Source: Catajapyx aquilonaris (Eukaryota). From it: a stretch of DNA of 36,671 bases. The stretch covers positions 1-36,671 of the forward strand of contig JYFJ02003902.1 of NCBI GenBank assembly GCA_000934665.2, given 5' to 3'. Within the stretch, counting starts at the first letter, position 1. Each line of letters opens with the position of its first letter. The translations under genes were made by a program, and so were the position numbers. Below, one piece after another: positions 12,147 through 23,600 of the stretch. The notes under the pieces were generated by a model. It ran no database searches and was not told the DNA's origin. It saw only the letters and a list, made by a program, of their open reading frames with translations.

Positions 12147-13887
12147 TCACTCCATCTTCTTCCGTTTTGCAATGTTTCCAAGCTGGAAAAATACAAATTT
12201 AAATGGATTAGGAATACTTGAACAATTGACAGGTGTAACATACCAATTCTGAAATGTTCTGCAGGTTGGCTCCAAAGTTCTGGTATGGGTTGGGATTGGT
12301 GGTGGAATCTGCTGTGGCTGCCAACACCCCACTTCCCCCAGCTCCCCCTCCTCCCTTAGCAGCTACCTCTGGGGCATCACTGGAGCTGCGCTTCAAGTTA
12401 CGATGCTGTGGGAAGCTTGGCATCAGCTTTGGGTCACATGCTGTGGGAGGAATAAATTATTTGTGTAACTTAAAACATTTCCGACTTGCACCACCAACTG
12501 AGATAATTCATGCTCTGATGGAAAGGCTCTCGTAGAACTCACGCAGGGGCATCTCTTTGAAATAGGAGCTCTGCAGGCACTCGTCTGCTGTTGCTCTCTT
12601 CTTAGGGTCATACATGAACAGGAAATTCAGCAGGCGCTGTCCAGCCTGCGACAGCCAAGGGAATTTGTGTTTCAGGTTGTTGAATGGCTGCTGGTTGAGG
12701 GTGAACTTCTGCATAGCTGGTAGGGAACTCAGCTCTGGCCAGATGGTGTCGTTTGGAGTGCCCAAAAGCTGGATGATCAGATCTAGCTGTTGGATCTCTG
12801 ACTTGCCTGGAAGCAAAGGGCGATGGGCCAGGAGCTCCCCAAGAATGCATCCTGCTGCCCACATGTCAATGGCGGTGGTCTGCGTCTTCCCTTGTAGAAG
12901 GAGCTCTGGTGCACGATACCAAAGCGTCACAACTAGAGGAGTCATGGGCTTCAGGGGCAGGCCATACTTGCGGGCTAGCCCAAAATCAGCTGGAAACAAA
13001 GAGAGAACTTGTGTCACTTTAAGAGAGAAATTGAATGGTTGAGTTTACATTCACATGTGGTATTAGTATCAGTTACTGGCTTCATGGTCCTGGGTCACAT
13101 TATGTTATCTGTGACCTGGCTGAGGGTGTCAAGATTGATCAAGTGAGACAGTCAACTGGGCAGTCATGTTTTAAATGTTGGCTGAACCAAACAAAGAGAT
13201 GGCCAATCTAAATAAATCATGCTTACCTATTTTGACACATCCCTTGTCAGTCATCAGGAGGTTGGACACCTTGAGGTCCCGGTGTATTATGAAGTTCCTA
13301 TGCAAATAGCGCAGTCCTCGAAACACCTGCAATATGATGCACTTGACCTGTGCTTCAGTGAAAGGCTGGGACATGTTGTCGAGAAGGGAGGCCAGGTCTT
13401 GCTCACAGTACTCCATGACCAGGAAGATGCTCTCTAAACTCCTCCCCACTACAACTTCTTTCAACAAGACAATGTTCTCATGTCTGCAGCTCAGCAGGAT
13501 GGAGATCTCTCTCAGACCTGAGATTGGCAGGCCATCCTTCTCACGCTCCATCCTCATCTTCTTCAGGGCCACCGTCTCTCCAGTTTTGGTGTCCCTCGCA
13601 CGATACACTATCCCATAAGTTCCTTCACCAACCCTATTGATCTTCTCAAATTCAGACACAAATCTGCATCGGCCAAGCAGGTCACTCTCAGGAATCTCCA
13701 AAGGCTGACCGCTCATCAGGGAAGTCAGAACCCCTTTGCGTGTCACAGGTACGCACGGATCAGACGAGCCTTCTCCTTTCAAAAGCTTCATATCATCAGA
13801 GGGTGGTGAGCCTTTGTCTCCAGCACCTTTTCCCTCCCCATTTCCTGTCTGGGACAGGGTTGATTCTGACCCAGCCATAGGTGCCAT
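12147..13887 (-). CDS. CDK10: Cyclin-dependent kinase 10 (PISSLRE/cdc2rk), 4 coding exons, about 446 aa
   Basis: Exons 13887-13227, 12989-12543, 12440-12244 and 12182-12147. Motifs: [78 protein letters not shown], and a basic C-terminus KRKKME*. Minus-strand AATAAA at 12053-12048. Confidence 0.96.
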
Positions 13888-14299
13888 GTTATGATGTCTT
13901 CACCTAGTTGGGAGTTCACAAAAATTAAAGATGGTTTTTGGCAATGATAGAGGTTGCTATTGAATGTTATTCGGCTAGCGTGGGTGTAGCTTACTCTAAG
14001 AACCAATCACGTAATAAAACTATACACTGGTTCATTGTTTCTTACGGTAAATCTGAACTTGAAATCTTATGATTGCCAATGCATTTCCCCTTCCCACTTT
14101 TGCACTGATTGTTGCCGATAAGCCCACAAATGAAAATGTACAGCTCACAACAGCTGTGCGCTGTCAATGTACATCGTCCCATCAAGAATGATACCTCCAG
14201 GTACAACTCATAAAGCAAACAACCGGCCAATCTATCATATCAGCAATCTGTATCATCTGACAGGTTCTAGTGGCATCCATGAAACCAATTTGAGCTCCC

Positions 14300-14682
14300 T
14301 TGCCATGTTGGACGCCCCAACAGCCCTGAAAATCCCACTCTTACCGAAATAATACCCGACCGGCAACACAATCGGGGAATCAAAGCGAAGATGGCGGCCC
14401 TTTTCAATTCGGACACGCTCGGACGCAACCGGCCATTCGGACACCCCATGCTAAACCCCCACTTGTGCGAAAAGGCACTCCGTTTATTCCGCACCCGGTG
14501 TGATCGCACCAATACCGATCAGGCACATTGCCAGAACAGGAGTGCCTTTTCCAACCATGTGGAAATGGGCGTGGCAGCATCTCCCCCCTGCTGGTGACGT
14601 CACGGCCCGATAATGAGCAGCAGAGAGGCAGGCAGCGCCGTGGTGGGCGCGAACGGAGAGTGGGCGAAACGATGCGTCCGTT
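14300..14682. promoter_or_regulatory. Bidirectional CpG-rich promoter/5' leader region between CDK10 and septin
   Basis: Divergent genes. YY1/Pho-type AAGATGGCGGCC at 14388-14399 and CRE TGACGTCA at 14595-14602. Candidate CDK10 5' UTR donors at 14344 and 14045, acceptor at 13904. Confidence 0.6.
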
Positions 14683-17600
14683 ATGAGTGAGTGGCGGCGG
14701 TGGAGGCAATGCAGAGAAGCGGTGAGTCCATCCCGGCCTTTTTCGCCTTGCATGTACACCCTTTTCGCATTACCCGGGGTTCGCCCTCCTTGCCCGCCAC
14801 CAGCCCCTAGACCCATTCCAGGGGCCAGACCCTGGTTCACAGGTCGATGGCGTCGTGATGGGTGGGTGAGAAGAGGGTGGTAGGGAGAGGCGGGGTTCAA
14901 TAAGAGGCAAGGATGGGGGAGTCAGGGAGGCGGGGAGGGGGAGTCGAAATGTCAATGGACAAGTTTTGCAAAAATGTCATGTCCCCCGGGGTGGTAGTTC
15001 GCTAAAATAAAGCATCGTGTACTGTACCCTTCGACACAAAAGGTTTGTCCTATTGTGTTGTGCAGCACCTGCGTGTGTTTCGTTTTTTTTTTTTTTTTGC
15101 GTTCACCTTTTTTGCCTTGCCGTGCACCTGGTGCTTGTCACTTTCATTAGGCTTTCACGCTAGGGCTCATGAGAAATTCAGATGTAATTAAAAACTTGGC
15201 AATGGGTATGGGGAAGCAACACTTTCACACTGACAATGGATGATAATTGCTGTTGATATGAATTGTTACATAGGACAGTACTGTAATTATCAGGCTGTAA
15301 AACCTTTCTTATCATAGCATGGATGTGGTTTAAGATAATGAGTTATAACTGGTCAAAATTTGCAGGTTTATGTTGTTAGTATAGTAATGTGACAGGCATG
15401 GTTGTATGAACGAAAATTAAGTGAAAGTGTAGGTATGTGTCACCTTTGTTGATACCAGCCTGGAAATAATCCACAACCAGAACCATGCATCACCACTTAA
15501 CAAACGTACAAAAGAAGCGTAACATTAATGTACAATATTTTACTTAAAATTACCACATTAGCATACACACTGTCGCAGTGAAGTTATTACATCCTCATGA
15601 CCCATTGTGATGTACATTTTTATGGTGGCCATTTGAAGGCTTTCAAGTGTCGTTATTATTATGAATGTGAATATATTTTTATGTAGAATGCCTATTTGAA
15701 GCATGCCGTCACCTTTTGAAGCCATAATTTGTATGTCACTGACTGGCGCCCTTTTTTTTCTTACCCAACAATTCCTTTTGGTCATACCCCTCACGTTATG
15801 AGTGGGTGGGAATGGGTAATAGTGTGGGTGCTTCAAGTAGGGCAATGTGTGGGTGGGTGGGGGGCGGGGGTGAGAGGGGGTTTGGGTGGGGTCGCATGAC
15901 CTGCACTTGACCCTACCTTCTTTTTTTCTCTCTTTTCCTATTCCCGTACGATGCTGCCAGATCTCTTCACTCGGCGATACGGTGAGTATTTTCCCCACAA
16001 ATTTGACCACGTGACCAAAATAAGCTGTTGGTGTTGGGGAAAACGGACTTTTTTATTTGCCGCCAAATTTTTTTTGCTGTTTTTTTTTGTACCTTTTTGT
16101 ATTAATTCGGGTGCAAACGGGGCTCGCTTTTGGTTCGATAATACAGAGTTGAACTGACAGGCAGCCCATTTTGCAACTGCTGGTATTCCCTGATCTTGAA
16201 AATTCATCACTGTCAAGGACCGCACACTTCTTTCCACTCTTTCATTACTTGCTTTTTTATATTTCTCTGCAGCTGTCACATGTCTGGCTTCTTGTCGCCT
16301 TGAGCATGGAAGGATATGAGTTGGCCTTTCTTTCTTTTTTTCCTTCGGGATGTGGTGTGAGTATGGCTAAGGGTTATTCGGAGGTGGACATATGGTGGAA
16401 AGGAAGATATAAGTGGTGTTGGTTATCCAAGGCCATGGGAAGTGTCCCCCACCCCACCACATCACTTGTTCACACACACCGTTGGACAATTCCTATGGAG
16501 GAAAAATATATAATGGAATCACCTTAGGTTTCCGGCTGTGATAAGCTAGCATCCGCTTGGTTGTCGCAAACTTTCATTTCATTTGCAAATACCCGTGTCT
16601 TGCCTAACAAGCCAAATATGCCCAGTCGAGGCGATTCGGCATAACGTGGCAGCTCATGCTAATTGTTTACAGCACGGCCATAAAGTATGTCCTTATCGGG
16701 TCATGTCAAGTGCCATATGCCCCGAGCCAGATGCATGTCCCCGTAAAAATAACTGAAGCACCAGTACATCATCTGGGCGTATGACTTTTCAAGTGGCCAC
16801 CATTAAAAAAAAAGCGCGCGCGCGCACACACAAAACACCACGTACAAGTGCTGAGACTGCTGGGGATAATCCTTACCTCTGTGTAAACAAATGTGATGCA
16901 AATGACTGTAATCGTTACAGGTCAGTGGTGACATTAGCAAAATTAGCCGCCTTGGATCCAGGATTATGAAAATTGCACCAAGCGGATCCCCGATAAATAA
17001 TGCATGAGGGGCTTTTTATTTCCCCGTGTGTTTACCGGGGTCTTGCAACGTGCCTGGCCACATTTTGCAGACATTTCGAGACAGGTTGTGGTTCTTTTTG
17101 CCTTCGGGGCTTAACAGAGGGGTCGGTGGGGGTTATTTTGGCGCAATCGATGCCGGTGAATTAATTCGGGCATGGACCCCTAGAAGGCGCGCCGGGCGAT
17201 GTCCTCCGGCAAGTTACCCGCGCAACTTGCGCTCTCTTGCGAACGTCGCCTGCAACTTGCGCTATCTTGCGTACGTTGCCCGCAACATCTTTTCTGAACG
17301 TCTGCCAATGACACTACTGTTTTACAATGGTTGAAAAATTAGCGGCAAACTCCGCTTGTAAATTTTGGCAACGCCCATGGTATGGGTGTAGTAACCTCCT
17401 GCTTTCTTCGCTTCTTCCTGTTTTAACATTATCAGGTTCCTTTCAGTGTAAATATTTTGAGAGAGTTTTCACGAGGGCAGGGACATGCCTGCTAGCACAG
17501 CAGCAGATAGGCTGTATCGCCCGTCATAAACATTTACACATGTGCGATTTGGGTCACGTAGCATTAGCATGTCCATTTATATCCTTTGATCCCGAGGATG

Positions 17601-20600
17601 TCCCTGGTCGCATCTTTTTGAAGAGCGGGGCACTGTTCCGAGTGACCTTTTATCACTTGAGCTGTGACCTCGGCTGCTTTGATGAGGATGGAGCCCTGTA
17701 CTGGAGGAGCAGCTAACTCATACGTTATGTCTTCCTCTCTCTCTCTCTTTTTTTTTGTTTGCTTTCCACGCCTGCCTGGCCTGGATGGATGGTGTTATCG
17801 GCGTTTCTCTATCTTCCATGGTTCCACCCTGAACAGCAGTAAGTACTGGTGACAAGAGATGGGGGGAAGGGAAAACGATGATTCAGTTGCACCCCCACCC
17901 TTCCCCCTTGGTTTACTAGTGGGGGTGGTGTACTAGGGGAAGGAAAGATCGATTGCGTTTTCTAAAAAGCACTCTCCCTCATAGCAGGACTTGTGTGCAC
18001 TGCACGAAATACGTATTGATAAGACCGCTTTTTCCGGCTGATAAAATAAAATCGGGTGTGCGTACGAGAGCCCAAGAAGCCACTTGACCTATACAGCACT
18101 ACAGAGTGGGATTATTGAGAGGGTGGTGTTTGATAGACTAGTTAGGGGACGGTGTACATAGCTGGTCCCCACCAGGTTGTTCCGCAGCTGGCGGAGCAGA
18201 TGGGTGACTCACGGAAAGGGGGGGACCACATGGGAATCCTACTTTATGTTTGGGGGACAGATTTGGCGGGGGAAAATATGCCGTGAAAATTTGGCAACGC
18301 GGCGCCTCTTGATGGCTGGAGTTATCACTTTCTGGCGAAACAAAAACCATATTTTTTGTTCCCACTATCAGATTTCGCATTCCAAGGGACGTGAATCAGT
18401 GAATTTTTTAAATGGGCAAAAGTGGGCAGAACTGGCGCCAATTTGGGAGAAGAGCACGTGGTCGTAATTTAGGACGATAAGAGCCGAATAGTGGGCCGTA
18501 TCAAATTACAGAGCGCGGCCAAGTGACCAGACACCAGAGTCGCATTCCTGAGCGCCAGACCGCGATTACACAGCATCGAAAGTTTGTGTCTTTTTCGTTC
18601 TGAGTGCCCCCCAAGGGGCATTCCTCGCGTTCCATTCCATTGGGAAACGCGATGCTGTATACGCTCTCCCCCGAGCTTTCCCCAATATATGTGACCCTGC
18701 ATTCACCGGAAACAATAGCTGGTCCCATATTGTCAAAGGACCTGGCCCACTGTAGCTGTTTCCTTCACGTTGACAGTCCATGTACACACAGAGACAACAG
18801 GACCGGTTCCGGAACCGGCTCACTACTTGCGATTGTTTTCTGTCAACAATCAATTTGTTGCCTCGTAAGTACGTCCCTCGAACGCCCGCCGCCAACAAAC
18901 AGTCCGCCATCGCGCTTACGTGCAGATTCCCAGTGCTGATTGGGGGCGTTTATCATGCCAACCGGAGACCTCCGCTGATTCAGTTCTATCAATCCCCCCC
19001 ATACCGGACTCTGCCCCGAACTGTTCCGAGAAGCATTTCACACGGGGCGTTTCCCCCCCTCCCCAAGTCCTCACCCCGTGCGTCGAGAGAGAGGTTGCCG
19101 AGTTCTCCCCCTCCCTTGCCTGCCCTTCCGTTTATTCATCCGCCAAATTAACCCCCGCTGAAAAACCGGGCGAGTGTAGAGGCGGCGGGGACTCGCGTCT
19201 GCGCCCAGATCTAGCCGGCACTACATTGCCCCCTGTTCCTCCCTCCCGTCGGAGAGTTGTGTACGGTACGCATCTATGGCCGAATAAGTGGGCGAGATGA
19301 GCGCGTCTGACCGGACCACTGCAGCATCCCGTCCGCCCAACCAGTCCTTCCTGTACGGACCCAACTCAACCACCGCGCTCAGGGGTTACGCCGGATCCGG
19401 TTTGCCCCCGACATCCACCCCAGGGGCGACACCCGTGCTGCCCGCGCCCTCGCCCAGGGCAAGGCGACTGGGGGACGCTCCGGCCACCACGGCTGCTGGA
19501 GGAGGAGGAGGGACCAACTTCGTCTCGCCCGTCACTGCTGCCGGAGGGGGACTCTCCAGCAGCTTCCGTCTCGCCAGCCTGGACCGACTGGCCATTCGAC
19601 AGCGGCTGTACGAGCAGCAAAATGGGGTAGCGGTAGACCCGGCCAGTGCAGCGGGGGTGAGCTCATTCGAACGACCGGTTTCGATTGTGTGGGCTGTGGG
19701 GGGGAATTACGTAAATATTGCACCGGAAGTTGGGGGTGTGACCAATCACACGGTACTTCCAGTGTTAGTACAGTAGGTGCAAGCACGGCAGACGCACCTT
19801 GCGACACCTTCGTGACAAAAGTCAGCTTTTAAAACCCTGTTTACATTGCCGTATCGGTTCTGGTAGGAAGAGGGCAATGTGGTGTGAAATGGGGCAACAC
19901 CCCCCCTCTCATTTAACATCCCATTTTCTACTTACTAGTCAGTACAAAATGAGCTTCGAGGCCAAGTGCATGTGCGACAAGACCTGCTTTCCGAGGAGAT
20001 GTGCTTTTTGCAAGGTTGCATATTATAGGGTGGGGAGGTGGTTTATTTTTAGGATGTTTGGTAGTTGTGGGCTTGAATAAGTTTAAAAAGTACATTTGAA
20101 TAATTTGTTTGCACAAGTCCTTGCCCTTTTGCCTTACTACATCTCAATTCCTACTCATGCTGAGGGGAAAAAGAAGGGGTTGGATTTCATTGATCCCAAT
20201 GAGCTCAGCTGCAAACGGTAACTTTTTTACTCTCGCCCATACTTTTTTTCCCCATTAGTCACTAGAGTTTGCAGTGCCATATATTTTGGAGTGGCACAAA
20301 TGCTGCTCTGTGTTTCTGTTCTCTTAGATATGTCTGGGGGAGAGTCCACCATGACTTGGTGTGGGTCACTGGTCGCACTAATGAAATGATTTGGGAGTTG
20401 GTGGGCAGTTAGTGCCAAGTGAAAACTTGGTATGTGCACTTAGGATAACATCACTTGATCAATGACTGCTTTTGTGAACATTAAACACTTCTCTGTGATG
20501 AAAATTAAATGCACAATGATTTAAATAAGGTAGAGAACAACTTGAAATAATTTAGGTGCAGTTTTAATAATCATGCTTTTTCACTGTCACATGGAAAAAC

Positions 20601-23600
20601 TCGGGTAACTGTCTTTAATAAACTTTCATAATCCAGTTTTGATATGTAATAAAGGCAAATCCACACTCTTGATATTATGAAGGAATTTCTACCTCATGTG
20701 CAGTAATTGCAAATTATGGATTTATGTGTGAATTTTATCGCAATGAAAGGTCTGGAGAGCTTCATGTGCATTGTTAGAATCTGAATTGGATGACATGCCT
20801 GATTGCTGTCATCTGCTTCACTTAATGACTGGATTTGTTCATATTGTATTTCACAACTTGTAGTCATTGATCAGGTTTTTCTGTCTGAAGTGCATGAATA
20901 AAAAGTGATGTTGGACCAGCCCTCTTGACTGAAAATGTGTTTGGAAGATAGATATTGCCACACTTCCAAACACTTGTGAAGAAAAATTTGTAGCATGTAA
21001 CGTAGGTGTGCACTACAAGTTCCACTCAATGTGCATCATTCCACCAGAACACTTTCCACTTTGATAAGTCTCAAATGTGATTTCTTGTAGCCCATGAAGT
21101 GTGGCTGAGATTGGTATCATTGCATCCTGTTGTTATACTTGAACCCATTTTCTTTTTGGTGTTGGCTTCCCAAGTCCCAAGTAACTGATAGTAGGGAGAG
21201 AGAGAGTGAATCCAATAGAATGGATAGAAGAAAATTCCCCAATCATGTTCCAACCAACCAGGAGAGGGTTGGCTTATTTGGAAGGCCCTCACGTATCAAT
21301 GTCAACATGGTCAGTAGCGCAGTCTTTCTCGTGTTGTGTGCAGTAGGAGTGATGCCTGTTGTGGTACTTTAAAAAAATCGTGTAGCCACCCACTAAAAAA
21401 ACCTCCTCAAGGACGGACTTATCCCTCGAAATACCACCAGTTAATTTATTAGACACATTTGAGATTTAACAAACACAGTAATCTGCTTTCCACACACCCT
21501 CTTAATGACTGCAGCACATAACCATTAGTCAGTAACAACAGTAAACACACTATACACTCAAGTTCACTGGAGTTAATTTGGATAATGCGAATGTTTTGAA
21601 GATAGTTACAGTAATCTTACCCAATGTTTTTGTTCACTAACATACACACCCAGCACATGAACACTACTAAGGTCATTAGCCAGAATTACTTGAAACAAAA
21701 GAGTTCTTTTATCTCAGTGCTTGAGTAGTTGGGCATTCCCCAGCTCACTAACTGCCCTCCTAAGATTTATCAAGCTCGAGCAGACATGGTGGCCTGACCT
21801 GCCGTTTTCCTCAGCTGCAGAGCAAACGTGAGCTCTTCTTCAAGAATGAGCCACCTGGACCTGGGGCTGGGAGCACTCCTACAGCCAACTCAAACAGCAC
21901 TGGGAGCGGCCCAGGGGTTGGTATGGCCTCTGGAGGCAATCCAGTCAGTACCGCAGGATCTCAGCCAACGCCTACTGTTGCCACCGCTGCCCTTTCCCAC
22001 ACGGCTGGAGTCAGCAGCGTTCATGGGGTGCCCTCGAAGGATGTGCTGAATAGGACTGCTTCCACTGCTCCCCCCATTAAGGACCCTCTTCCCGAGGACA
22101 ATCGAGAGAGAGAACGGTTCAAGGTAAGAGGAGAATTTGTTGGATTGTTAACACACATTGTTAAAGCTCAGCATACATATTACTGTACGAACTTAGTGTG
22201 GTACTTTCGGTAGAGGACCAGGAGGGTGTGTCGGCCAGACGCTGTCATTTATTCTGCTTTCCACAAGCATCTGAAAGGAATGCTAACAAATAATACATGA
22301 TATCTGTATGACACCTACTGTACATGTTGCTCTGTGCACAAATATTTTTAGTAGAATATGGTGGATACTATGCCAAAGGAAAAAATGAATGCCAGAACTG
22401 AAAAAAGAGTGGCATGTATATGAGATACAGAGGTGAAGATATTTTCAATGCATAAGGGATAAATGGTGTTCAGGAAATTCATATCAGTATCAATAAAGAA
22501 GGATATGGAAGTTACTTATACATCTTGTCATAGGAGAACATGATGCACAAGAGAATAAGTCCTGTACATCTATCTGATTCAAAAGTTTTATAATTCGTCT
22601 GAACTTCCGGGCACATTATTGGTGCCTTGAAGTTGCGAAGTGTAGATTTAAAAATTTTTTGTATATAAATAAGTAACATTATTCTGTGCTAGTCTAGTGC
22701 ATATCTTGGTATGTAATGCTGATACCTGCAAGTATTGTAACCTTGCATATAGCCTTCATATCCTCCCCCACATGTTACATGCTGCGTGGCATTCCATTCT
22801 ATGGTATGCAGGCGGATATCATTTACAAAAAAATGGCAAATAGCTGCTGGAACTCTGCCTCTAATAAAGTTCGTTACAAGAAGAGTGTATCAACTACCTA
22901 TGACCTGTATGAATGTAACTGATTAATAGTTACTTTAATATTGAGTCATTTGCATGGAAAGCTTGTTAAAGACAAACAAACAAATTCTTGCAGGATCGTG
23001 AGCGTGAGAAGGATAAGGATCGAGAACGCCGGAAGGAGGTGGATGGCTATGTTGGGTTTGCCAATCTTCCTAACCAGGTGTACCGCAAGGCCGTCAAACG
23101 CGGGTTTGACTTCACTTTGATGGTGGTTGGTTAGTGTCTTTGTTTCTCTCTTTCATCTTTTCACTGATGAAGAATTATATAATTTTTGTCTGCAATTGAC
23201 AATTCAAACTAATTCAGTAAAACCTCATAAAGCTCTTCAAGGGACCGCACAAAAGTAGTGTTATAAGCGGGATAGTATTATGTGCGGGAAAATTTACCTT
23301 GTGGAAATGATCAAGGGACCGGAAAAAAGGGGCGTTAAAAGTGGGATAGCATTATATCGAGGTTTACTGGATTACCTACTTTTACACTGAGCTTCAAACA
23401 GTGCTGCTATTTTTAAATTGAGATCTAAAATATTGCCTGCTTTCTATGTAAATTGCCTTCAGTTGTATGTAGCAGGAACTAAAAAATGCGATCATGTCAC
23501 TTCCAACTTCACTGATGTTCACAATACCCTTTAGTGACATTTGTGTTGCTAAGTATAATAAAGTTCAAACACCTTCGCAAGCGGAAGTAGCCTTTTGAAA

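Noticed and set aside
15951..16157. [14 protein letters not shown] as a septin first exon
   Set aside because: It would end in phase 1, incompatible with the phase-0 acceptor at 21815. The 21-nt microexon reading fits better.
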